Shown: piece after piece, positions 1 to 7,199 of the stretch
Layout of the letters: every line of letters begins with the position of its first letter
Numbering within the stretch: the stretch's first letter is position 1
From: a virus
Taxonomy: Duplodnaviria > Caudoviricetes
Strand: one strand, 5' to 3'
Virus record (IMG/VR): IMGVR_UViG_3300044471_000009
Span: 1 to 64,000 of that record
Length of the DNA: 64,000 nucleotides
Notes under the pieces: model-generated
What the model was told of the DNA's origin: nothing
The model's database searches: none
What the model saw: the letters and a program-made list of their open reading frames with translations, nothing else
Program-made: the position numbers and the translations under genes

Positions 1-66
1 CTCCGACCTATATCCGGTCGTGTCAAGCTAGTATCCCCATTTGACACGACCGGATATAGGTCGGAG
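1..66. repeat. Perfect 26-bp inverted repeat with 14-nt spacer
   Basis: 1-26 ctccgacctatatccggtcgtgtcaa is the exact reverse complement of 41-66; it may extend beyond the window start. Confidence 0.95.
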
Positions 67-254
67 ACAGGTGTGCCGGTTAATGTCTTCGACAACGAGG
101 GGGAATGCAAGGCGTATTATGCCAATCAATGCAGCGAGCTTTTGAGCGGCTTAGATGATTGGATTGGCAGTCAGATAAGCCGAGTTTCTGCAATCAAGGA
201 ATCTATTGCAAGAGAAATAAACAGCGCAAGTACAATCAATAAAGGAGATGTGAA

Positions 255-566
255 ATGAAAGAGACAGCACTGATCGCCGCCGTATTACTGCTGGCGTTCT
301 CGGCGTGGAGGCTTAACGACGGAATGAAAAGGATTGCAATGTCGAGAGAAATTTCTGGCGCAATCCAGTTGCTGGCCAGCGACCTAACAGTCATGGCTCC
401 AGAAACCGAGGAGGAGGTGATGAGCATGTTGCAGTGTAAGGACGACGTAACAGCAGCTTCACTGCGAAAGACAGCTCGATACAGGATAGAGACTGGCGAC
501 ACTCCCGAACAGGCATACCTGTGGACGTTGCGGCTATACATCAGTGCCGTGGAGGGAAGAAAATGA
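255..566 (+). CDS. Hypothetical protein with N-terminal hydrophobic segment
   Basis: ORF track; ATG overlaps the upstream stop (ATGA); part of a coupled small-gene chain. Confidence 0.65.
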   Translation: MKETALIAAVLLLAFSAWRLNDGMKRIAMSREISGAIQLLASDLTVMAPETEEEVMSMLQCKDDVTAASLRKTARYRIETGDTPEQAYLWTLRLYISAVEGRK

Positions 567-937
567 AAAGAAGTGAAGCTGTAGGATGCTTGCTCAAGAG
601 AGGCGAGGTCGTGCAATGGGGAAATCAGCACGATGACGGTGCGTATCACAAACTTGTCGAGCAAGGATTCTGCGAGCTTGACGGCGCGTTTTTCAAGGCC
701 ACCGCAGCCACACCCCTCGCCCTGCTCACTCCCACGCAGTTCCTCTGCGCCCAACAGCTTGCCGAGAGCGGCGAAATCGGGTTTAATGCCGTGCCAAAGG
801 CGCAGAAGGCGCACATGGACAAGCTGGTTGAAAACGGGTGGGCCTTGATGGACAAGCACGGCAGCGCATGGAAGGCAACCAAAAAACTGATCGAGGTGAT
901 TGACTGTTGGCGGAAGGCCAATGGAGGGTTGAAATGA
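563..937 (+). CDS. Hypothetical phage protein
   Basis: ATG at 563 behind GGAGGGAAG and overlapping the previous stop. Confidence 0.65.
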   Translation: MKRSEAVGCLLKRGEVVQWGNQHDDGAYHKLVEQGFCELDGAFFKATAATPLALLTPTQFLCAQQLAESGEIGFNAVPKAQKAHMDKLVENGWALMDKHGSAWKATKKLIEVIDCWRKANGGLK

Positions 938-1116
938 TTAACGATATCATCACATGGAAGTGCTTGCGCAAGATGTCCACAGCAGAGCTGCAAGATGTTG
1001 TCGGAATGATCGAGGAAGGTGAAGTTGACTATAATCAGCCGGGTTGGGAGGATGTTTACCCGACAAACGATGATATTTTGGAGTTCTGGCGCGAAGCAAA
1101 GGAGGGCAACCGATGA
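934..1116 (+). CDS. Small acidic hypothetical protein
   Basis: SD GGAGG; ATGA overlaps on both sides. Confidence 0.6.
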   Translation: MINDIITWKCLRKMSTAELQDVVGMIEEGEVDYNQPGWEDVYPTNDDILEFWREAKEGNR

Positions 1117-1619
1117 CAACCCAAAACTTCGCCGAGCTGCTCAGATCAGCTCGGTCGGCGGCAGACATCAAAGTTTCTGAGCTTGCCAAGCAGATAGGGA
1201 TTGACCGAAAACAGATATATCGCTACGAGAGGGGCGAAAAGGTGCCATACGATGACAGGCTGCTTGCAATCTGCGAAGCACTGGCCCTTGATGTCAATGC
1301 TGCTACAGCAGCAAGGGCCGTGTCGATTCAGCAGGACGCAAATAGAGGCAAGAGCAACGCAACTACCCGCTCAATTGCTGCTGCTTACGCGAGGTCATGC
1401 CGGAAGCAGCGGGAGCCTGTTCCAGTACAAAAGCACATTGGCTTTTGTACTTGTTTCGGTGTGAAATTCAGCTCAATATCCTCCCTGCTAAGGGCTTGCT
1501 TGGTACGGCAAGGGAAGGGCGAGAAGCGATGCCAGAGCTGCGAGGTGCTGTCAAGCTGCGGAAAGGATGAAGAGGCGTTGAGGGTGTGCAGCATAACCAT
1601 TATGGGAGACAAGTCATGA
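1113..1619 (+). CDS. XRE/Cro-family HTH regulator with Cys-rich C-terminus
   Basis: LRSARSAADIKVSELAKQIGIDRKQIYRYERGEKVP is a typical XRE HTH. Confidence 0.8.
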   Translation: MTTQNFAELLRSARSAADIKVSELAKQIGIDRKQIYRYERGEKVPYDDRLLAICEALALDVNAATAARAVSIQQDANRGKSNATTRSIAAAYARSCRKQREPVPVQKHIGFCTCFGVKFSSISSLLRACLVRQGKGEKRCQSCEVLSSCGKDEEALRVCSITIMGDKS

Positions 1620-1749
1620 CAAGGGAAGCGGCAGGAATTACACTCGTGAGAATGCAGGGCAAGTGGGTTTTGAAAGTTTTTTGGCATGGAGATGGAGGAT
1701 ACACGATAAGAGCAACTGATTTCAATGAACTCGTAAGGCTTTTTAAGGA

Positions 1750-1962
1750 TTGGCAGCTATGAAGATGATCTATCGCGGCACCCTGCCGGAAGAAAGAAGA
1801 TACGCAGGTACGTGCTTCAACTGCGGAAGCACGTATGAGGCTGCCGAGAAAGAGCTGCGCTACTGCCAGCCGCCTCCTGTTTCTGGTCAAGGCGAAGAGG
1901 GGAGGTATTGCGCCACCTGCGAAGTATGCAGCAAGACAATCTATTTCAGGATGATGCCATGA
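1750..1962 (+). CDS. Small zinc-ribbon protein
   Basis: CFNC...CEVC pairs. Confidence 0.6.
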   Translation: MAAMKMIYRGTLPEERRYAGTCFNCGSTYEAAEKELRYCQPPPVSGQGEEGRYCATCEVCSKTIYFRMMP

Positions 1963-2303
1963 AGAAAATCACAAAGATCATGCTTTTTTGCTTGCAATCT
2001 GCTTTTTCTTGTTTGATTCTTTCCGCGCTGCTTGACGGTAAGGTTGCGCAAGCGGCTGGGAATATCGGCTACGGAATAGCAATAATTCTCACGATTATGA
2101 AGGTGTTCATAATCACAGTTGGCCTCGCTGATGATGATTTAGCAGCGAGGCAATATAAAGATGTCGAGTGGCATGTAAGTGCTGTTTTACCTTATTTAAG
2201 CCTGCTTGCCTCTGGGTACTTTATTCTTGGCCCGATCTTTATATTCGTTGATGGATTCATGTTTTTCATTGCAAATCAGGTCAACAGCGAGGCGAAGCCA
2301 TGA
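1959..2303 (+). CDS. Membrane protein (about 3 TM segments)
   Basis: Long hydrophobic stretches; ATGA overlap with the upstream gene. Confidence 0.6.
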   Translation: MKKITKIMLFCLQSAFSCLILSALLDGKVAQAAGNIGYGIAIILTIMKVFIITVGLADDDLAARQYKDVEWHVSAVLPYLSLLASGYFILGPIFIFVDGFMFFIANQVNSEAKP

Positions 2304-2559
2304 AAACCGAAAAACCGCAAGCTGAAGGCATCCGGCAGGGATTGCAGGAGGCGTGGCTTTTACTCGATAAAGGAAGAGGCTATGCGGAACTGCAAGGATG
2401 GACAGCTTGTCAGTGAAATTGAGCTGAAGATTTGTATTGGCCCGCCAGTGCTTTAGATATGGCTTTGCCGCTCACCAATTAACCGCAACCTACTTTGTGG
2501 CTCATTGATTTGATTTCGTGAGCCACAGGATTTTGATTGACAGCCAAGGAAGATGGAAA

Positions 2560-3138
2560 ATGGGACTCGAACACTTCAAACGTTTCACCAGCACAGACAA
2601 GAGTTTTGTTCCGATGGTTTCGATATGGAACAAGGGGCAACTCTGGGTCGGCTCCGGGGCAGTGAATAAGTTCGATCTGGATCGCTTCACGCATGTCGTG
2701 TTTCTCTACGATGAAACGGCAAGAGAAATTGGGCTGCTTTTCAGAGGAAACGACAAGGAAGAAGGAACCATCAAACTCGGCAAACGCCAGACGGGAATAG
2801 TCGTAGGAGCCAAGAATTTTCTTGATTGCTTCAATATCGATTATTCGCAGACAAAACAGTACCTGATGCGTGTTGAGCAGGAGCCTGATTTGTTTGTCAT
2901 CAGCTTGGACAAAGGGAAAATCAGCACAAAAAGCAAAGGAGAGCCTGATGAGGCCGCGCCAGAGCGCAAGGCGGAAATCCTGAAGGTGGTGCGGGTGATG
3001 CGGAGAAAGCCGCGCAACGGCGGCAGGCCGTCCAGCTATCAGGCCATAGCCGACCGTCTCAACGCCGAAGGAATGCCGCCGCTCAAGGGCGGGGAATGGT
3101 CATGGCAAAAAGTGCGAGGATTTCTAAAGAGAGCTTGA
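2560..3138 (+). CDS. Hypothetical protein with C-terminal serine-recombinase-type DNA-binding ('Recombinase') helix region
   Basis: SYQAIADRLNAEGMPPLKGGEWSWQKV resembles the recombinase-domain motif; no catalytic resolvase domain. Confidence 0.6.
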   Translation: MGLEHFKRFTSTDKSFVPMVSIWNKGQLWVGSGAVNKFDLDRFTHVVFLYDETAREIGLLFRGNDKEEGTIKLGKRQTGIVVGAKNFLDCFNIDYSQTKQYLMRVEQEPDLFVISLDKGKISTKSKGEPDEAAPERKAEILKVVRVMRRKPRNGGRPSSYQAIADRLNAEGMPPLKGGEWSWQKVRGFLKRA

Positions 3139-3147
3139 ACGCGCCAT

Positions 3148-3184
3148 AGCCTACCGGAATTTGAGGTTTCGGTAGGCTTCTTTC
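3148..3184 (+). terminator. Intrinsic terminator ending the left + block
   Basis: agcctaccggaa/tttcggtaggct stem followed by a T-rich tail. Confidence 0.7.
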
Positions 3185-3295
3185 GCCCGATCATAGTCCT
3201 CTTTCGGCACCTTCTTTTGCTCCAGCTCGTTCGCCCTGATTATTTCAAGGAAACGGCGGGCGGCTTCACCTTTCAAAACGGGGGTGTCTTTGATT

Positions 3296-3598
3296 TTAGT
3301 TGCCATAGTGAATACCCCTGCTTGCCTCTAAATCGGCAAAATCAATGCGTCGCTGTTCTGCCTGCTCAAGTATGCGCTGCGCAATCTTGCAGGCCTGGCT
3401 GTAGTCAATGTTCGCTGGCCGCCCCGTCTCTTCGCAATACTCAAGGTACCGCTCCACAGCCTCCTTAAACGCTGTTTCCAGCTCTTCCAGTGATTCACCT
3501 TCGTAGGTTATCAAGTCACGGATAAAGGCAATCTGGCCGTGATAGCAGCCGTCCTCGAAGCTATATTCTGATGTTCCGGTGTATCCTTTATGTCTCAT
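3296..3598 (-). CDS. hicB: HicB-like antitoxin domain without C-terminal DNA-binding domain
   Basis: YHGQIAFIRDLITYEGESLEELETAFKEAVERYLEYCEETGR matches the HicB N-terminal domain; no hicA adjacent. Confidence 0.8.
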   Translation of the reverse strand: MRHKGYTGTSEYSFEDGCYHGQIAFIRDLITYEGESLEELETAFKEAVERYLEYCEETGRPANIDYSQACKIAQRILEQAEQRRIDFADLEASRGIHYGN

Positions 3599-3604
3599 TT
3601 GAAA

Positions 3605-4009
3605 TCATCTGTAATTCTTCGATAACGAGATTGCATCGAGAGCGGCAACGCCATTGAAAAAAACCTCGTCGTATCTCGGCGGAACAGGTGTTATCTTGCT
3701 CTTGTTCCGCTCCTTCTTCACTTCCATCCGTTCCCTGAATCGCTTCCGAAAAGCCTCGTACTTCAGCTCTTTGCGCAGGAATTTGATTTCTTCCGGCAGC
3801 AGCAGTGCTTTCCGGCTCCGGCATATTTCCAGACCAATCAGTTTATGCAGCTTCTCCGGGGCTGGAATGGCCGCGTATTCCTCGCCGCAGGAGCCGCAGC
3901 GGTATTGGGTGATGCCCAGCAAAAGCACGGGCAAACCGCATTCTGTGTATTCGTAGGGCTTGTCCTTGATGACCTCAAGAGCGTTGCCGCAAACATAGCA
4001 TTTTTCCAT
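3605..4009 (-). CDS. mqsA: MqsA/YgiT-type zinc-finger antitoxin-like protein, HTH truncated
   Basis: CYVCG...CGLPVLLLGITQYRCGSCGE Zn domain, then LLPEEIKFLRKEL (first HTH helix), after which similarity is lost. Confidence 0.75.
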   Translation of the reverse strand: MEKCYVCGNALEVIKDKPYEYTECGLPVLLLGITQYRCGSCGEEYAAIPAPEKLHKLIGLEICRSRKALLLPEEIKFLRKELKYEAFRKRFRERMEVKKERNKSKITPVPPRYDEVFFNGVAALDAISLSKNYR

Positions 4010-4054
4010 TGTGCCGCCTCAATTTTCAGGTTTCTATCTTTTTGTTTTTAATAA

Positions 4055-4094
4055 ATAAAAAAGCCTGCTTACCTTATCGATAAGGTAAGCAGGC
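4055..4094 (-). terminator. Intrinsic terminator (32-nt perfect palindrome plus U-tract)
   Basis: gcctgcttaccttatcgataaggtaagcaggc at 4063-4094, followed on - by TTTTTTATTT. Confidence 0.85.
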
Positions 4095-4157
4095 GCAGGA
4101 ATGCCCGCACGGTGTTGCGGCCAAGGCTACAACAGTTAGTCGGACACGACTGCCAGC

Positions 4158-4186
4158 ATTTTACCATGACACGCTATCTTTTGCAA
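4158..4186 (-). promoter_or_regulatory. Sigma70-type promoter
   Basis: TTGCAA-17 bp-TAAAAT with extended -10 TG. Confidence 0.7.
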
Positions 4187-4187
4187 A

Positions 4188-4219
4188 TAAAAAACCGAGC
4201 TAAACAAGCAGCCCGGTCG
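4188..4219 (-). terminator. Terminator of the tRNA cluster
   Basis: ACCGGGCT/AGCTCGGT stem followed by TTTTT on -. Confidence 0.65.
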
Positions 4220-4263
4220 CCTGCAACACAGGCATTAGTGAGACAGCCATGCTGATATGCTGC

Positions 4264-4335
4264 TTAGTCGCTGATGCAGGACTCGAACCTGCTGCCCTTT
4301 CGTATAGATATCGACAAGCACCGCGCCATCGGCGA
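4264..4335 (-). pseudogene. tRNA-like element (intact T-arm, degenerate D and anticodon arms)
   Basis: GCAGG-TTCGAGT-CCTGC T-arm and TCGCCGA/TCAGCGA acceptor-like stem; no CCA. Confidence 0.5.
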
Positions 4336-4341
4336 TAAATT

Positions 4342-4417
4342 TGGTGCTCCTGGAGGGATTTGAACCCCCAACCGTCCGGTTATGAGCCAGCGGCTCTGCC
4401 AGTTGAGCTACAGGAGC
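4342..4417 (-). tRNA. tRNA with CAU anticodon (elongator Met or Ile2)
   Basis: GCTCCTG/CAGGAGC acceptor, CT-CAT-AA loop, TTCAAAT T-loop, encoded CCA. Confidence 0.9.
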
Positions 4418-4418
4418 T

Positions 4419-4494
4419 TGGCGGCCCCGGAGAGAATCGAACTCCCAACCTACGCGATAGGAGCGCGATGCTCTATCCTTTGAGCTACGGGGCC
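4419..4494 (-). tRNA. tRNA-Arg(CCU)
   Basis: Canonical cloverleaf, CT-CCT-AT loop, encoded CCA. Confidence 0.9.
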
Positions 4495-4760
4495 GTGATT
4501 GACTTGTAGTGCATTGCCGGATCATATTCAGTTATCTGCGCAGGATCAACGCAATACCAATTCACAGTTTTGTGAGATTTTGACCACACAATTTCTAACT
4601 CTTCGTTATTGCGGCACTTAAACAGACCGCCCACTCTCCACATCATGCCACCGTACAACTTGGCATGATGCCGTATCCATGATTCTGCATGGCTCTTTTT
4701 GTTCCATGAGAGGCCATCAACAATAGAACCATCTTTTCTTTTCAATGAATATCGTGCCAT
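4485..4760 (-). CDS. Hypothetical protein inside the tRNA cluster
   Basis: ORF track; stop codon overlaps the 5' end of tRNA-Arg. Confidence 0.5.
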   Translation of the reverse strand: MARYSLKRKDGSIVDGLSWNKKSHAESWIRHHAKLYGGMMWRVGGLFKCRNNEELEIVWSKSHKTVNWYCVDPAQITEYDPAMHYKSITAP

Positions 4761-4817
4761 GATAATAGAAATTGCAGGCATTTCACCTGCCGGGCTGCTA
4801 TTTCAAGCCATGTTCAC

Positions 4818-4892
4818 TGGCGACCCGTGGCGGAATTGAACCGCCGTTTCTGCCTTGAAAGGGCAGCGTCTTTACCACTTGACGAACGGGCC
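4818..4892 (-). tRNA. tRNA-Glu(UUC)
   Basis: CTGCC-CTTTCAA-GGCAG anticodon arm, canonical D and T arms, CCA. Confidence 0.95.
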
Positions 4893-4896
4893 TTAA

Positions 4897-4966
4897 ATCT
4901 CTCCAGCCCGGAATTGAACCAGGTTCTTGCGCAAGGCAAACCATCGCTCTTTTGAGCTACTGGAGG
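4897..4966 (-). pseudogene. tRNA-like element (D-arm and T-arm, scrambled anticodon arm)
   Basis: CTCCAG/CTGGAG acceptor, GCTC-AAAA-GAGC D-arm, CCTGG-TTCAATT-CCGGG T-arm. Confidence 0.55.
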
Positions 4967-5181
4967 TGTTTTAAAGATACCAATCATCGGTGAGTGTAGC
5001 CGAAATTTATCTTCAAGCTTCCTCAATCCCACCATTAAAGAAGATAAAGACAACCCCCGCCTGGATTAGACCATCCGCCCGCCGCACTCGTATTAGTTTT
5101 ACTGGACGATGATTGATAAACTGCTTCAAGTAACCGGCTTTGGTGCGCAGTTCTGCGAGATGCGTTGCCGGTGTTATTCAT

Positions 5182-5264
5182 TGGCTGGCCCGGCAGGAAT
5201 CGAACCTGCGTTAGGGTGTTTGCTGATCAGTGGCCACCCCAGCCTTCCACTTGGCTACAGGCCA
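5182..5264 (-). ncRNA. tRNA-Gln-like RNA with a 16-nt anticodon loop
   Basis: TGGCCTG/CGGGCCA acceptor plus GCCA end, GCC-AAGTGGA-AGGC D-arm, GCAGG-TTCGATT-CCTGC T-arm; loop GCCACTGATCAGCAAA. Confidence 0.7.
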
Positions 5265-5272
5265 ATATTTCT

Positions 5273-5356
5273 CAAATTCGCCCCTCGGCAGGATTCCGCC
5301 TGCGCGTTTGTCGGACTGGCCGTCCGTGCCATTTGTCTCACTTGAGTTACCGCAAA
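5273..5356 (-). pseudogene. Highly degenerate tRNA-like element
   Basis: TA-ACTC-AAGT-GAG D-like arm, CGGAC/GTCCG hairpin, GCAGG-CGGAAT-CCTGC T-like arm. Confidence 0.3.
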
Positions 5357-5414
5357 GTTATTGCCTTGCGGACATATCATGCGGTATCGCAGCCGCACTC
5401 CCTTCGCGCCTGCA

Positions 5415-5525
5415 CTCGGCAAACGATCAGGAATCGAACCTGACCTACTTGGGGTGAATGACGAGACTTCAACTCGAACCTCTCAGGTTCACAGCATTGA
5501 TGCTCTACCATTGAGCTATTCCCGC
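5415..5525 (-). ncRNA. tRNA-like element with a hairpin inserted in the anticodon loop and a long variable region
   Basis: GCGGGAATAGCTCAATGGTAGAGCA 5' half; TCAAT/GTTGA stem around a 22-nt loop; TCAGG-TTCGATT-CCTGA T-arm. Confidence 0.5.
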
Positions 5526-5540
5526 AAACTCCATTGCTTT

Positions 5541-5831
5541 CTACCGAAAACCCCGCTTTCCTGTTATTTCATCAAGCATACGCTGCCGGTTTGCGTCGGC
5601 TTCGCTGCCACTGCCAGCTACAGCATTAAGCATGACAGGAATAACCAATATCAATGATTCAACAGGGAAGAGGCCATGATCAACAACCCCTTCGTCGTTG
5701 AGCCATTCACATTTGAAGTTGCCGTCTGGACGCTTCTCAATGGCCGTCACCTTCATCTCCGGGCCGCCAGATTTCAGTCTAACGGTATCGCCAACCTGAA
5801 CCGCAACCGGACCTTCTGTTTTAAAGATCAT
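5541..5831 (-). CDS. YodC/DUF2158-like small beta protein
   Basis: VGDTVRLKSGGPEMKVTAI...CEW motif. Confidence 0.8.
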   Translation of the reverse strand: MIFKTEGPVAVQVGDTVRLKSGGPEMKVTAIEKRPDGNFKCEWLNDEGVVDHGLFPVESLILVIPVMLNAVAGSGSEADANRQRMLDEITGKRGFR

Positions 5832-5868
5832 TTCCACGTTTGCTTTCCTCTTGACTTTAAACGCTAAT

Positions 5869-6072
5869 CTAAAGCGAATCAATGAAAGGCGCGACTACCA
5901 ACATGCAACACAGAAATTCACTCCCCAGGCACGTCCAGTCTTGGGTGAACCATACGTAGCTTGCGGCCTGACCTGCACTTGGAGTGAACAAGCCTTCAAT
6001 AGCCATATTCTGGCCACTGGCATTGAGCCTGACTACATCTCCAGCTTTCATCTCTGCTTCATTCAAAGCCAT
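5869..6072 (-). CDS. Second, divergent YodC/DUF2158-like protein
   Basis: MKAGDVVRLNASGQNMAI...VWF. Confidence 0.6.
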   Translation of the reverse strand: MALNEAEMKAGDVVRLNASGQNMAIEGLFTPSAGQAASYVWFTQDWTCLGSEFLCCMLVVAPFIDSL

Positions 6073-6113
6073 CGCTTTCCCTCTCGGAAAAGAGATATTT
6101 GCCAACTAAAAAA

Positions 6114-6199
6114 TGGCGGAGGAAGTAGGATTCGAACCCACGGTGCTTTCGCACAACGGTTTTCAAGACCGCCGCCTTCAACCGCTCGGCCATTCCTCC
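6114..6199 (-). tRNA. tRNA-Ser(UGA)
   Basis: Class II tRNA: GCGGT-CTTGAAA-ACCGT anticodon arm, long variable arm, CCA. Confidence 0.95.
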
Positions 6200-6518
6200 T
6201 GAAAAACGCGCTGCAACATGAATCAGGATACAGGAGCTGATTCATAATCACGTCTATCACACGTGTGCAGCGCAAAACTGTCAAACAAAAAAATTCCAGC
6301 ACTATGGCAAGATCATGCCTTGCTGTTGAATTCACCGCATTACCAGCGTCACTCGGAGCCTTGATAGGGACGGCCAGTTGTTCATGCTGACCCGACTTTC
6401 TGATTATGGAGCGTGTCTATCCACGCCGCAGAGTGTTGGAGCAAAATCTTCCCGACCGGCTTTATGGAGCCAGCTCCCAACTAAGGGCTGCGGCTCATGG
6501 AACCGCAGGGGATAGTAT

Positions 6519-6547
6519 CTTTTACCATTTCCAAAGCGGCCCGTCAA
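6519..6547 (-). promoter_or_regulatory. Sigma70-type promoter driving the leftward tRNA island
   Basis: TTGACG-17 bp-TAAAAG with extended TG; shares TGGTAAAA with the promoter at 4158-4186. Confidence 0.55.
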
Positions 6548-6581
6548 TGCTTTTTTAGCGTTGGAGCGGGAAATAAAAAGG

Positions 6582-6713
6582 ACAGGTATTGATACAGGTA
6601 ACTGTACAGGTACAGAGCAGGTACAAGACAGGTACGGATGATAAATATCAATAGCTTAGATGGTGTACCCGTACAGGTATAGAGCAGGTACAAGACAGGT
6701 AATTGTACAGGTA
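6582..6713. repeat. Nine (A/G)CAGGTA heptamers in two clusters at 11-12 bp spacing
   Basis: Copies start at 6582, 6594, 6606, 6617, 6628 and at 6673, 6684, 6695, 6707; 6604-6634 and 6671-6701 form a near-identical direct repeat. Confidence 0.9.
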
Positions 6714-7023
6714 ACTGGACACTACTATAGAAAGAGATATAAGAAAGAGATATAACCACCTTCCCCCTTTGTCCCCCAGAGGGGGAAGGCGATGGACTTA
6801 GAGAGCCTGACTCAGAGGATGATTTCGCCGAACCGGACGACTCTGAGGAAGACCGGCCCTTCTGATGCTCAAGAAAGCACGGAAAGGGGCATAGAATCAA
6901 TTTGCTCACCTTGGCTGGTATGGTTTTACGTTTAGAGCGAGAAAGCGATTTAAAGGCCATTTCTGACGTTTTTAAGGATTGGGCTGGAGTTGACGGGTGC
7001 TGATGGATAAAACGCATGGCTGT

Positions 7024-7180
7024 TTGCTTTTTGCTTTACAGGATGGGTAGAATCTGGTAAAGTGATTGTGACACCTTCTGGCCGGGGGTGCAAAACCTGA
7101 TAACCCCAGAACATCGAATCAAGCACCCAATCAGGTGTGTACCCGGCCAAGAGTACCGGTTCGATGTTTTGGGGTTTTTT
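7024..7180 (+). promoter_or_regulatory. Putative promoter plus branched leader terminator
   Basis: TTGCTT-18-TAGAAT (7024-7053); 17-bp stem 7102-7118/7160-7176 enclosing two small hairpins, then a U-tract. Confidence 0.6.
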
Positions 7181-7199
7181 ATTTTATGGAGGGATGGTT

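Noticed and set aside
2560-3138. Integrase/serine recombinase
   Set aside because: Only a short recombinase-type DNA-binding tail is present, with no catalytic Ser domain and no att-like duplication noticed.
3296-4009. Complete type II toxin-antitoxin modules
   Set aside because: There is no room or ORF for HicA or MqsR; the two genes are 6 nt apart and flanked by terminators.
4110-4121. 12-nt complementarity between the 4055-4151 RNA and the minus-strand hairpin at 50478-50489
   Set aside because: About 85 12-mers x 128,000 positions / 4^12 gives roughly 0.65 expected chance matches, so it is not significant alone.
4264-4335. Possible amber suppressor or Pyl tRNA (CTA within the loop region)
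   Set aside because: No U33-CTA 7-nt loop can be formed, the body is unlike tRNA-Pyl, and all core genes read intact in the standard code, so there is no sign of recoding.
4235-4525. 96-aa ORF in the track
   Set aside because: It is a translation of tRNA genes, with no protein-like features.
6582-6713. CRISPR-like array
   Set aside because: 7-bp repeats with 4-5 bp spacers are far too short, and no cas genes are present.
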